A DNA stretch of 64,000 nt. Source: Octopus vulgaris (lineage: Eukaryota). Below the pieces are notes generated by a model, which saw only the letters and a program-made list of their open reading frames with translations, was not told the origin of the DNA and searched no databases. The position numbers and the translations under genes were made by a program. The stretch covers positions 16,554,001 through 16,618,000 of the forward strand of contig OX597816.1 in assembly GCA_951406725.2 (NCBI GenBank), written 5' to 3'. This document shows, in pieces, positions 13,351 through 26,970 of the stretch (position 1 is its first letter; the number at the start of each line of letters is the position of its first letter).

Positions 13351-15063
13351 AGAGGGTTCACATGTCCAGATTATCACACTGTGTCCCATGGGTCATTATT
13401 GCAAGCTGGATTGTGCATTATGTTCTCTTTTAGGTGAAGTCTTGGTATGACGCAAACAATAAATTGTCAGGTTGTGCCTAGTTGTTCCGTATATTTGCTA
13501 CAAGACTGTTCAATTACAGATGACCTGGAGCTATAAAATAACCACAATGCACACACAGACACACACACAAATTGTGGATATCATACAAATATCCAGATGA
13601 AAAGATGGACGAACTTTGAACTTGTTTAACATTTTAAGTTAATGGATCTGACTTTCAACTACAATGAAATGTTTGCTACCGAATAATATCTAATTTTGAA
13701 AAATCAACATTTTGAAAAGTAGTTTAGCTTACAGTTCTTCTTAGAGGTTAGCAGTTTTTATATTATTGTGAATAAATTGATTTTTTTTTTTTTTTCCTAT
13801 TTCATTTTGTGAAATGATTGCCAATGTATTTGTTGCAAATCTTATTGTTTATTTTATCTGCAACAAAGTTATACGATGTTAAGCTTGTGTGAATATGTCT
13901 CTCTGAATATTACTGAATTACAGATTGTCTGTTGAAAATATTCTATTCCATCTGAATAGAAAAGATTCTAGGTCAAAGTTCCAGGTCAATGTTCCAGAGA
14001 AAGAAGAAATGTGTTATAAAAAGATGCCTTCCTGTTATTGACTGTTCTCTTCTCCAAATTCATTGATTTGTGGATGTCGGAAAAAAAGAATGAAATATTA
14101 AGCTAACTAAATATTTTTATGATTACAGAAGTTGTGCAGTCATATAACTCTGGATATAAATTATGGATTCATAAAATCCCAATATATCTTTGAGTATCAA
14201 AATATCTTTGTGTTTCTTAGATTTTTTCCTACAAATTTCCGAGTTGCTTAGCAAAAGTTATTATTACTTGCTGTCAATTTTGGACAGAAGTAATAAAGTT
14301 TCTTTGGTTTTATAATGATTTATTTGAGCAAAGCTAATATCTTCAATTGATAAACTATACAAATCTAGAAGTACCATCGAAAGACTCCAGAGTTATCCTC
14401 GTAATTTCAACTTGAAACACACTTAGAAGACTAATCCCTATAAACTATGGAACACCATAAAACAACAAAATCAAGAATTGTAGATGACTACAGTGAGAAA
14501 AAGAATATAAAAAAAAGGTTATGCTTACAATGCAAACAAAAGATTTAATGCTGTTTCTAATATAATCAGAAGCCTTAAATATATAAAGGTGGACTTATTC
14601 TTCAGAGTCAGTCAGTTCAGTATAGAACACACCGGTGGTATTTGAAAACTTTATTATCAGAAAATATTCTCTTATGATGCAATTAAGAAATAGAGAACTG
14701 AAAGTTTGGTAAGTAATTTAACTGTCCACAATGGCTGCAACAACAGACAAGAAATGTTCTGTATGTTTGGCGATGTGAAATAAATAAACCGAAAGGTATA
14801 TAAAATCAGAATATGGAACTGGAGGAGTTCTGTTGCCTGTTTAGAATAATAAAGGATAGTTACAACAAAAGTTAAATATTTGTAGAATTTTATAAAATTA
14901 ATATTGAAACCACTGCTAGACATTATGATAATATACAAGCAATATGCATCTATTAATAGAAGAAATATGTTTGTGTTATTTGAATATATTTAATATTCTT
15001 GGATAAAAAATCTGAAAGACTTAACAACGTAATACAGAGATAATTGGAAGTGTTCTTTAATAT

Positions 15064-15498
15064 ACTCTTTTACTTGTTTCAGTCATTTGACTGCGGCTAT
15101 GCTGGAGCACCGCCTTTAGTTGAGCAAATCGACCCCGGGACTTATTCTTTGTAAGCCTAGTACTTATTCTATTGGTCTCGTTTGCCGAACTGCTAAGTGA
15201 CGGGGACGTAAACACACCAGCATCGGTTGTCAAGCAATGCTAGGGGGACAAACACAGACACACAAACATATACACACCCACATATATATACACATATACG
15301 ACAGGCTTCTTTCAGTTTCCGTCTACCAAATCCACTCACAAGGCATTGGTCGGCCCGGGGCTATAGCAGAAGACACTTGCCCAAGATGCCACGCAGTGGG
15401 ACTGAACCTGGAACCATGTGGTTGGCTAGCAAGCTACTTACCACACAGCCGCTCCTGCGCCTATGCCACTCCTGCGCCTATGCCACTCCTGTGCCTAT
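15064..15498 (-). mobile_element. SINE family A with a triplicated 17-bp 5' end
   Basis: Full copy; gccRctcctgYgcctat x3 at 15448-15498. Confidence 0.85.
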
Positions 15499-16257
15499 AG
15501 AATATATATAGAATTCTTTAAATAAATTTTATATGAATATATGTATATCCTGATGTCAGTCATCCTATTCAAACTTATTTTATTTGCAGTAGAATGAAGT
15601 GAAAGCATGAATATTTAAATCAAGTGATATCACTGAAGATAGTCGAGAGAAGATCTTTATCTGGTGTTCCTGTTATTTATTGGCAAGACAAAAATTACAT
15701 TGTCATTTGTCTAACTCCAATAACTGATACAAATACTGTACAGACTCAAAAAAAATCTTCTGTGTTTTACTTTAAAAAAATCCGCCCCCAAACTCCATAT
15801 TAAGGATTATTTACACCAAGATTAAAATTAATATTATATTACTAGGTATGGGCATTGCTATGTGTTGAAGAAGCTTGTGTTGTAAACACATGGCTTTGGG
15901 TTCAGTTCCACTCTGTGGAACCTTTGGCAACTGTCTTCTATGATAGTCCCTTGAGCCAACCAGTTCCTTGAGTGAATTTGGTGGATGGAAATTATGTGAA
16001 AGCCTAATGTGTGTGTGTGTGTTTGTATAAATCCGCAAGTGGGTGGACAAAGAAAAAAAGTAGTACTCCACACATTCGGTAGAAGCTACATGTATTATTT
16101 AATAAAAGCTTGATTTGAGTTCATGCAACTTTGTGTTACAGGCTTGTCCAATGAGCCTGTAAAACTTTGAGTTGCAGGAACCCAAATCAAACTGTTATTA
16201 AATAAATAATATATATGTCCAATCCATGCCTTCATAGAAAACGGATGCTAAATGATG

Positions 16258-16302
<45 letters not shown>

Positions 16303-16306
<4 letters not shown>

Positions 16307-17541
16307 CAATGCATCCCAGCATTACCCGGGTGTTACAAGTCTGAAGAACACATGTCTTTGTTTCTGGTATGTGTACCATTTAATTTGTAATTCTGTAGGT
16401 GCAGATATGGCAGTGTAGTTATGAAGCTCGCTTCACAACTGTATGGTTTCAGGTTCAAGCCCAGTATGTGACACCTTGGACAAGTACCTTCTGCTATAAT
16501 CCTGGGCCAATCAATGCCGTGTAATACAGCTGTATTGTAGTATTTGATCTTTTCTTATGGGCAGAATCAGCACAGCTGATATGTAGATTACTGGCATAAT
16601 GGAAGTTATTGTTTATTTAAAAGTGAAGGGAGAAGGTACAATTTGCATGAAAATGCTTTCTGTTCTTAAGAAGGATCACAAACTATGTATTGTTTCATCG
16701 TATAAAAGAGGGTTAACATGATTTTGCGTGGTAATCATATTTTCAAAATTTTAGTTTCCCCCCATCCACACTACAGTTTCTTAATTTGTAACTTTTTACA
16801 TATTTTTTTTTTTTCATCCATGTAGAAAAATACAGAGATCACGAATCTGGGAGAAATATTTTTTTTAAAGTTTAATTTTTCTTCAAGAAACACTCAATCC
16901 CTTTCTCCCACCACACCCACCCATCATCTACCTGCTTTCAAAAAGCTAAAAACACACATTGATTCACTTTCGTCTGATGTTTCATACATGTGTAGAATAG
17001 TACTGAAATAATAGCAGATGTAAAAAATATTAGAGCACCACCAGAAAACCTGACATGCTAGAAACAACAGGTAAATGACATTATTTCTGAAGAAACTTCC
17101 CTGCTTTCCGAAAAGTTAAAAGTGAAACAGTAGAAGTTTGTAGCTTTTTGAAAGTGGTGAGGTGATGGGTGAATGTTTGGGAAGGAGACTTTAGTGTTTT
17201 TTAAGAAAAAAGAAAGAAGAATATTCTTAAAAATTTGTACTCTGTCTTTTCTCCATAAAATTCGTAAAAAGTAAAAAAAAATGAAATTGGGATGGGGAGG
17301 GAAAAAATTGAGAACATGTTTTAGGGGTGAAATCCTAATCTTCTATATTGAAAACATAGGAATCAGAACAAATTTAGGAAAAAAAAAAAAATCAGTGATG
17401 GCGGGGGGCACAAACGTCACCTCAAACATGCTAGAAACAACAGGTAAAGGACAGGATTTCTAGGAGAACCTCCTTTTAAATTTATATCAAAGATCAGGTT
17501 TTTAAATACACTCATCACAAACAGGAATTACAGAATAGAGA
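16303..17541 (-). mobile_element. Probable non-autonomous Helitron
   Basis: Minus-strand 3' end: GC hairpin remnant cccgggtaatgctggg (16315-16330), then CTAG|T (16306-16302). Putative 5' start TCTCTATTC near 17541 (imperfect). It contains an internal decayed inverted repeat and a repeated 'acatgctagaaacaacaggtaaa'. Confidence 0.5.
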
Positions 17542-17729
17542 AAGGGGATTTCAGTTGGACATGAGCTGTAATTTTGTGCTTGCACATAGTAAGAAATAAC
17601 ATAATTCATACAGATGTTTTAGCTAGAGAAAGAGAGAGTGTGTGTGTTTGTGTATGCCAAAGGAAGTTATTTTATGGCATCCTTTCATTTAAAGCAAGCA
17701 AGTTATTAACTTCATCATATGAGATCATA

Positions 17730-17899
17730 ATGATTGTTCGTTAATTTCTGTAATTTCTTTGTGCTTTGAAGAGAGCAGAAAGTGAAAAATGTATGTGTAT
17801 AAGAAATGGATGTGTGCATCTGTGCGTGTGTGTGTGAGAGAGTGAGTGAAGGTGTATGTTGTCATGTATGTATTTTTTTGCATGTATGTGTAAGTGGTA

Positions 17900-17940
<41 letters not shown>

Positions 17941-18545
17941 ATTATCTTTCATATATATGTACATAAATACATATGCATACATCTTTTTGTATGTATATGT
18001 GTGCATTTGAGAGATAAAGTGAGCGACTGTATTTCCTCATAACATATAGAGACATGGTTGTCCTTTAAGGTACACACTCATATAGAAAATGTGACATCAT
18101 TGTCATCATGGTATAAAATGTTGTTTAGGATAGTTGAATTGTAGAAAGATTATCATGTTAAATTTTGTTATGCAAATATATGAATGAAAATAAAGTTTAG
18201 TTGTTAGCCGAAAGATTACTGAATCTTTTAATATTCAACATGCCAAAATTGACAACTCAGTTTTCGAATGTATTTATTAATTTCCGTAAAAAATTTTAAT
18301 TCCTTTATGCTGTGAAGAGAGCAAAAATTGAATGAGAAGAGAAAGTGAAACTGCAACATTTGCTTTGAAGTGAAAGATGTATGTACATGTATATGAAATG
18401 GACGTGTGTGTGTGTGTGTGTGTGTCTGTGCATGAGAGAGAGAGAGAGTGAGTGAGTGAGTGAGCGAAGGTGTGTATTGCCATGTATGTGTAAATGGCAC
18501 TCACTCGATCTCTCTATAACACACACACATCTTTCATATACACAT
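17730..18545. repeat. Old diverged direct duplication (about 17730-17960 vs 18275-18545)
   Basis: Shared order of gaagagagca...gaaatgga..(GT)n..gagtga..aaggtgt..catgtatgtgtaa.tgg.actc..(CA)n..atctttcatata. Confidence 0.6.
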
Positions 18546-19889
18546 ACATTGCTTGATGAGTGCTGATGTGTTTATGTCCTTGTAACTTAGCAGTTTGGCA
18601 AAATAAACTGATAGAATAAATACCAAGCTTTTAAAAATTAAGTACTGGAGTTCATTTGCTCAACTAGAAATTCTTTGCAGTGGTGCCCCAGCATGGCCAC
18701 AGTCTAACTAAAACAAGTAAAAGATAAAAGATGTGTGTGTGTAAGAGAGAGTGAGAGAAAGAAATAATGAGTGGGTGTGGGTGTCTCTTTGTCAACTGGA
18801 AATTCTTTGCAGTAGCGCTCCAGCATGGCCACAGTCTAACTGAAACAAGTAAAAGATAAAAGGTGTGTGTATGTGTGTAAGAGAGAGAGTGGGTGTGGGG
18901 TGTCTGTTTGACCTGTACCATCACTTGCTAACTCATGTTGGTTCATTTTATTCCTAGGACTTAGTGGTTCAGCAAAAGAAGCAAAAAGAATAAGTAACAC
19001 ACATAAGCATTGTGGGGTTGATTTGTTTGACAAAACTGTGTAAGATGGTGCTCCAGCATGGTCACAGTTCAATGACCGAAACAAGATAGCGATTCCCTAG
19101 TACAACCATCTATATTTATGAGTAACTGCAGTTAAGGTTTGCCGCTGTCTAAGCAGATTCTGGCTGTCAAAAAACGACTTTAAAAAAACTTTCAGCAAAA
19201 AAATTACAAAATGCTGAAGGAAACTTAAAAATGTATGAAGCAAAAGAATATATAAGTAAAAAATATTAAAAAAGAAATTTAAAATGAAAGGAATATTCCA
19301 CGAAATCTCTTTGTAATTTTGTTATAATATATTTCTTACTTGCAAGCTATTAGATGAGAATGATCAAATTTCTCGGAGGCAATTTAATGAAAAAAACTAT
19401 TGAAATCAATAAATAAGGCATAGCATATGACATAAGAAACAAGTTGATGATATTACAATAATTATTATATGTTTACAATAGTTATCTGAAATTTAAATAA
19501 CCTATAATGTTACAATTTACATTTTTAGCTTTTTTTATTCTGCCATATTAAAGAAAATATGTCAACCACCATATTGCTGACATTTACAACTTCAAAACTG
19601 CAAGCCAAATTGCGTTTGTTTTGATGGCTTTTTTTTTAACGATCATAAATAGAAGTAAAACAATTATATGAATAAATAAATGGCTATGGAAACAATCTCC
19701 AGAGCGAATGGTATTATTCCAAAGAGTTCAATTGTTAGTGAGTTCAGGTAAAATGGAATGAAAGTTTAGGGAACCATGGCCTTAGAAAAAGCTTTGAAAG
19801 ACAGTAATTATATTTATGGTACTAGTCACTCCATTTCAATTACATCTCATCAAAAGAGAAATACATGTGACATCGGGTATAAAACTATT

Positions 19890-20250
19890 CTTTTATTCTT
19901 GTATTTGTTCCAGTAATTTGACTGTGGCCATGCTGGAGCACCACCTTTAGTTGAACAAATTGACCCCAGGGTTTAATTTTTGTAAGCCTAGTAAATTATT
20001 CTATCAATCTCTTTTGCTGAACCACTTAGTTCACACCAGCATCAGTTGTCAAATGATGGTAGTGGGACAAACACACACAAATATATATATGACAGGCTTC
20101 TTTCAGTTTCCATCTACCAAATCCACTCACAAGACTTTGGTCGGCCTGAGGCTATAGTAGAAGACACTTGCCTAAGGTGCCATGCAGTGGGACTGAACCA
20201 GAAACTATGTGGTTGGGAAGCAAACTTCTTACCACAAGACCATGCCTGCA
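19890..20250 (-). mobile_element. SINE family A, diverged
   Basis: Tail, core and head motifs present. Confidence 0.8.
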
Positions 20251-20477
20251 GCTTATGATAAACAATAAATAACATTTTATTATTCTGACACTAAGGTTCA
20301 AGAGCCATCTGGTTTATTTAAGTTCAGGTCTATGAAAAATTTGCTTTGTATCCTTTGCAAGACCACTCAACCTCCTCTAAAACAATCTAAACTATAAACT
20401 CACTTGGAAGTTTCTGACCACCAGTTTCCCAGTGACAAAGTAATTTTACTAAAGTTTTCATCATCCACAGAATTAAT

Positions 20478-20730
20478 TAGTGGCATGTAAAAAGCACCAA
20501 CCGATTGTGGCCGTTGCCAGCCTCCCCTGGCACCTGTGCCAGTGGCACGTATAAAGCACCCACTACACTCACGGAGTGGTTGGCGTTAGGAAGGGAATCC
20601 AGCTGTAGAAACACTGCCAGATCAGACTGGAGCATGGTGCAGCCTCCTGGCTTGCCAGACCCCAGTCAAACCTTCCAACCCATGCTAGCATGGAAAACAG
20701 ATGTTAAACGATGATGAGGATGATGACAAT
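20478..20730 (+). mobile_element. SINE family C ('ggcgttaggaagggcatccagctgtagaaac' core, (GAT)n tail)
   Basis: Ends in cccatgctagcatggaaa..gttaaacgatgatg. More than 10 copies or fragments occur in the window. The core resembles the Meta/MESC SINE domain (recalled, not searched). Confidence 0.8.
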
Positions 20731-21311
20731 GAAAGTCAATGTATTTTGAGAAATACATCGTAATGAACAGGTTAACAGAAAAACTGCTTAATTAAAGGGG
20801 TGTAGAAGTAGCAGAATCGATACTAGACTAAATAATTTACAACACTCAGTTATTGTCCTTTTTATGACCCATGATGATATCCTGCAGAAGTCTGTGTTGC
20901 ATCTTCACCTTTTGTGAGCAATAAAATACAACCAGTTGTATGGCAGGATTGATTTAATGAACCATACCCCTTCCTCAAAAATGCTTAGCCTTGGGTAGTA
21001 AAACTCAATGTTGCCTGATGAAATGGTGTGGTTATGAAAAAATTTAAAGTTATGTAATATCCATTTATGAATATGGAAATGTGCAGCAAAAATATTAGCA
21101 GTCCATTTTTCTTCCTTTGCTATATTAAACACCATATAATACATACAATTTTGTTGTTATATACATTGATTTACAGGATGCTTAATATCACTAGACAATG
21201 GTTATCATTGATTATAATCATTTAAGCGTACTTCTTACATACCTTATTAGCTAGATATATCAGGGTCATTTAAATCCCTACTACTTAATATACCTTTTAT
21301 CTTTCTTCTAT

Positions 21312-21525
21312 ATTTTACTTGTTTCTGTCATTAGACTGTGGCCAAGCTGGAACACCACCTTGAAGAATTTTTTAGTCAAATGATTCAACCCAAGTACTCA
21401 CTTATATTTTTTCAGCCAGGTATTTTATTCTATCAACCTCTTTTGTCAAACTGCTAAATTTTTGTGACATAAACACATCAACACATTGTCAACACGTAGT
21501 GTTAGTGGGACAAGCACACACAAAA

Positions 21526-21558
<33 letters not shown>

Positions 21559-21725
21559 CGATGGGCTTCTCTCAGTTTCCATCTATGAAATCCACTCATA
21601 AGGCTTTGGTTGGACTGAGGCTACAATTACAGACACTTACTCAAGATTCCACACAGTGGAACTGAACCCACAACCATGTGCTTGGGAAGGAAGATTCTTA
21701 CCACATAGCTTTGTCTGTGTCTATA
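21312..21725 (-). mobile_element. SINE family A, diverged
   Basis: Motif order conserved. Confidence 0.75.
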
Positions 21726-22323
21726 TACATTACACACACACATATCTGTGTATGTGTGCACGTGTGTGTGAGTAGAGTGGTGAGAGAAACACTAGAACAC
21801 CAGAGCATATAATTTCAGTTGATTGTTTTATATTTCTATGTTCTAGCTATAAATCTCCTCAAAGTCTGACTTGTTTTCAACATGCTTGGAGTTGTTAAAA
21901 TATGTTGTAAAATACTAATTGACTATACTTTCTTACAAATTTGTTATTTTGTGTCCGCCGGAGAAATATTATAGTTGTTAAAAAAAAGAATTCAGTATAT
22001 TAATAGTCAACACTATTATAATTACTAATATTACCACAAAGTAGTCAGTTGCACATAACGATAATCAGCAAAACATATAATTATCAATGTTGAGATTTTA
22101 GTTTGTGAACATAGCTACAGATGTAACAGTAATGAACATAACTGACATGTAATTATTCAGATACCCATAAGATTATATTTTCTGTATGTTATAATGTTTT
22201 AGTTGAATATTGTCTTAGTGTGGGTTTAAATCATTCGGATTATAAGTGGCCAGCTAAATAAGACACGGTATAGGATATTATAAAAGAAAGCTGAAGTATA
22301 AGGAGTGCTAGAGGTTGTAGGAA

Positions 22324-23280
22324 TACTCTTTTACTCGTTTCAGTCATTTGACTGTGGCCATGCTGGAGCACCGCCTTTAGTTGAAGGAATCGACCTCAGG
22401 ACTTATTCTTTGTAAGCCTAGTATTTATTCTACCGGTTTCTTTTGCTGAACCACTAAGTTACGGGGACATAAATACGCCAGCATCGGCTGTCAAGCAATG
22501 TTGAGGGACAAACAGACACATACACATATATGCATACATACATACATACAAACACACACACACACACATATATATATACGACAGGCTTCTTTCAGTTTCC
22601 GTCTACCAAATCCATTCACAAGGCTTTGGTTGGCCCAAGGCGGCTATAGTAGAAGACACCAGCCCAAGGTGCCATGCAGTGGGACTGAACCCAGAACCAT
22701 GTGGTTGGTAAGCAAGCAACTTACCACACAGCCACTCTTGCACCTATAGAGTAATGATTTGAGAATATAGATACAATAATAATATGGTTAACTATTAGAA
22801 AAGTACAAGATTTGACTATAAATTAAGGCTGTAAAATCTGTTTAATCATAGGTGCAGGTGTGGTTGTGTGGTAAATTTGCTTCCCAACCACATTGTCCAG
22901 GTTCAGTCCCACTGTGACACCTTGGGCAAGTGTCTTCTACTATAGCTTTGTGTTGACCAAAGCCTTGAGTGGATTTGGCAGATGGAAACTAAAAGAAGTC
23001 CCTCATATGTGTGTGTGTTTGTGTTTTTGTGCCCGTGTTTGTGCCTCACCACTGCTTGACAACTATTATTGATGTGTTTATGTCTCTGTAACTTAGTGGT
23101 TCAGCAAAAGATCATCATCATCATCGTTTAACGTCCACTTTCCATGCTAGCATGGATACTGATAAAAAAATTCCAGGCTTTAAAAAATAAGTCTTAGGGT
23201 CAATTTATTCAGCTAAAATTCTTCAAGGCAGTGCCCCAGCATGGCCACAATCTAATGACTGAAACAGGTGAAAGATAAAA
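22324..23280. mobile_element. Two head-to-head SINE family A copies (22324-22748 minus; 22849-23280 plus)
   Basis: Oppositely oriented copies about 100 bp apart. Confidence 0.85.
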
Positions 23281-23385
23281 TTAAAGTGCTTAACATGAAA
23301 TGTTCCTTAAATAATCTACGTTTTTCATTGAAAATACTGAATATGTGTGTGTATATACATTTATATGTATGTGCTACACACACAC

Positions 23386-23420
<35 letters not shown>

Positions 23421-25487
23421 AACAATTAACTAACAACTGTTTTGAAATTTATACTCAAAGACTACAGAGAGTTAAAAGTGAACTTAAACTAAAACAGAAA
23501 CATAATAAAAATCAAATAATGTTTTAACTATCGTAATAATGTGCAGAACATAACTTGTCATGAGGAACATAAATTGATGTCAATGAATTTGGTGAAACAT
23601 TAATACAGGCATTATGATATACAATGCATAAATATAAGTGTGTTCTTTGTATGTATGTGTAGTCGTGTCACAGTGGAAGGCAAAAATGATTGGTGTTAAA
23701 GGAAAGGGATTTTTTTGCTAGTAAAAATATTAACTAACATAAAGCAAATGTTTAAAACTATAATTAATAATAAAATATTAAGTGTTTAGAATTTGAGAGA
23801 AACGTGAAAGTTGAACTAGGATTTTGAGGAATTAGAGCTTTGAAGAAAATGAATTTATATGAAGTCTAAATGTTATAACTGGAGGTTTAGTTTTAGTCAA
23901 ACTTCAAGTAAGATTTTAAGTGGCAATGTAGGTACGTAATTGGATAATCATAAAAGTTTCTGTGAACTGTAGGATTTAATAAACCCAATGTTTAATTTTG
24001 CTTTCAGTAATATTAAATAAATGAGATAATATCTGAAATGGATAATAATGTTATACCATCACAGGAAATATTTCCAGAATATCTAGGGAAAATAAGGAGC
24101 CCGTTATCTGATCATGTATAATAAATAACTGCCAAGAGGCACAATACTTGAAGTGGATATGAACTTAAAATTGGTGATCTGGTTACCCAATATAATGCCA
24201 TCGCAGTCATTTCACTTCTACATGAAAACTCCCATCCACATACACAGGCATGTATGGAAACACACACACACATGCATATACACACACATACAACTTATAG
24301 TTTTCTGTTTTCTTAAGCTTTGAAACAAAGTCTTGCTTTATTCAAAAGAAAGAGGTTTGTAGTTTACTAATTAAATTTAGATTCAACATAGAGGGGGAAA
24401 AAAAAAGCACTGATATAATTCAATCTGAGAAGTAATAGGGCTTTTATGAAAAATTACACAAAGCAACAATGTAGTCCCAAAAGTAGAGCATTAGTCTTTG
24501 AAATATTGATAAGTTTAATCAATGATTGCAGCTGAGATTTCCCTTTGTGAGATAAAACTGTAGTATCCTAATAACACAGAGAAAAGCTACAGCATCAATC
24601 CTTAGGTTTTCTTTTAAATATTATAAACAGAACTGTAATTATTGTAAACAGATGAAATTGTGAATTTTCTTTTTAAATATTTAATTAGTTTTCAGAATAT
24701 TTTGAATGACAGCAAGAAAAAGCAAGTATGAAAGAATAAAGGAGGTGAATAAGGCGCTTAGGGAGAAGTGGAATAAAAGAGAGATTTCAAAACAAATATA
24801 AATAACAATGAACTGTGATATGTATGCCAAAACCTGATCCACATTCAGTAAGGTTAACCCCTAAGATTGTTTGTTAGAATTTCGTTTGTTTACCTAATTA
24901 TTTTCTAGTGTAATTTAGGTAAGAAGAGAACACGTAGTATCAACTATAATTACATTCTAAAAATAAAATATTTCCATTGAGAACGTAGAGCACCCTACTA
25001 TGTAAATTAATAATATATTATAAAGTGGACCCAGATGATGTCTCATTATTCATCATCAACATACTTCAAATGTTTCCCTAATAGCAAAATGATCAATCCA
25101 GCTTTCTTTGTCTTCAATTATCAATACAGCATAGGTAGAACATCAACTATAATTGTCTTGTTCTTACTTAGTTTCCTCACTTATACTACCAAGGCTACAC
25201 ACGCACACACATTGAGAAAATGAGAATTCTATTCGCAGTTAATTTGTTTTCTAATCAATAATAAAAAACAAAAAGTTAACAACTAGAAATAATCAATAAA
25301 AATAAGCTGATTCCTAAATTTTAAGACATTGTATTAGCTGTAATCTATGATCTATTCACATTAAGTATTCATCATGACAGCTTAAAAAGTAACAAAGAAA
25401 AGAGACTAAAATGTAAACAGCATTTATAAAATAGGTTGTGTAATTTTCAAATTAAGAATTAAAAAGTGAAAAAAGATTGTTGCTTAC

Positions 25488-25760
25488 TGCTTTTCCAGCT
25501 TTGACAGCATATATTGATCTAAATTTATTCACAGTGATATCTCCTGCAACGCTTTTCTTTCCATTATCATTATAAAAGCTCTTGGACAAAATGAAATAAC
25601 CTTCCACGGCTTCTTCCATTTCTTCTGTTGAGCAAGGCACTGCTTCCTGTGGCCGAGTGTCATCCCGTCCTGGTGGACTATTGTAGTAGTCGACATCCCA
25701 CCAGTCTTCAGAAAGCCAAGCTGGTAGAAACCAAGCGTAGCCTTCGTATGATGTCATCCT
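25488..25760 (-). CDS. Internal coding exon C of the same receptor
   Basis: Acceptor ttttcag, donor gtaagc. The 273 nt are 91 codons, phase 0-0: RMTSYEGYAWFLPAWLSEDWWDVDYYN...VPCSTEEMEEAVEGYFILSK...AGKA. It matches the 'YVWFL..W....W.....CT..EM.EAVEG' VFT motif. Confidence 0.9.
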
Positions 25761-25894
25761 CTGAAAAGTAACAGATGATTTCATAAGAACTGGGCTTCAC
25801 ATCTACATAGTAAGAAATAAAAGCAACAAACAGATAAATTAATAAACAAGATTTCTTTTTATGTATGAACTGAATACAATTGTACCAATTTTAG

Positions 25895-26303
25895 TAGGAG
25901 TGGCTGTGTGGTAAGTAGCTTGCTTACGAACCACATGGTTCCGGGTTCATCCCACTGTGTGACACCTTGGACAAGTGTCTTCTACTATAGCCTCATGCTA
26001 ACCAAAGCTTTGTGAGTGGATTTGGTAGATGGAAACTGAAAGAAGCCTGTTGTATATATGTATATATATATATGTGTATGTGTGTATATGTTTGTGTTGT
26101 CTGTGTTTGTCCCCCCAACATCGCTTGACAACCGATGCTGGTGTGTTTACGTCCCCGTAACTTAGTGGATCGGCAAAAGAGACCGATAGAATAAGTAATA
26201 GGCTTACAAAGGATAAGTCTTGGGGTTGATTTGCTCGACTAAAGGCGGTGCCCCAGCATGGTCACAGTCAAATGACTGAGACAAGTAAAAGAGTAAAAGA
26301 GTA
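25895..26303 (+). mobile_element. SINE family A
   Basis: Full-length copy about 135 bp from the exon C acceptor. Confidence 0.85.
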
Positions 26304-26559
26304 CACCATTTCAACATTTGTCCCTATATATCAGTATAGACTGGGATACATTTACAATGCATCATTATATATGCTTTATTTCATCTCTTTTATCTCATAC
26401 TTACAGCCTCAAATTGGAGCTTTAAAAAAAATCCTTATTAGCATTTTTAAAAATCCTATTTCCGCCTTAGAAATTACTTTGCATGCCAGTATACACTTTC
26501 ATAAGCCTTATGTTTCTATGCTATCAATATTGTCTTATGAATAAATTGAGTAATACATT

Positions 26560-26970
26560 CAAGAGCACCATCCGAGCATGATCGTTGCCAGAGCAGCTAA
26601 CTGGCTTCGGTGCTAATGGCATGTAAAAAGCACCATTCGAAAATGATCGTTACCAGTGTCACCTTACTGGCACGTGAAAAAACATTTGAACGAGGTTGTT
26701 GCCAGTGCCGCTGGATTTGCTCCTGTGCAGTTGGCACATAAAAAGCACCATTTCAGTGTGGCCATTGCCAGTACCGCCTGACTGGCCCTCGTGCCGGTGG
26801 CATGTAAAAGCACCCACTACACACTTGGAGTGGTTGGCATTAGGAAGAGCATCCAGCTGCCAGATCAAGATTGGTGCCTGGTGCAGCCATCTGGTTTGCC
26901 AGCCCTCAGTCAAATCGTCCAACCCATGCTAGCATGGAAAGAGGACGTTAAACGATGATGATGATGAGGA
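26560..26970 (+). mobile_element. SINE family C with internal tandem subunits
   Basis: Repeated ggcacgtaaaaagcacca-like subunits followed by the core and (GAT)n tail. Confidence 0.8.
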
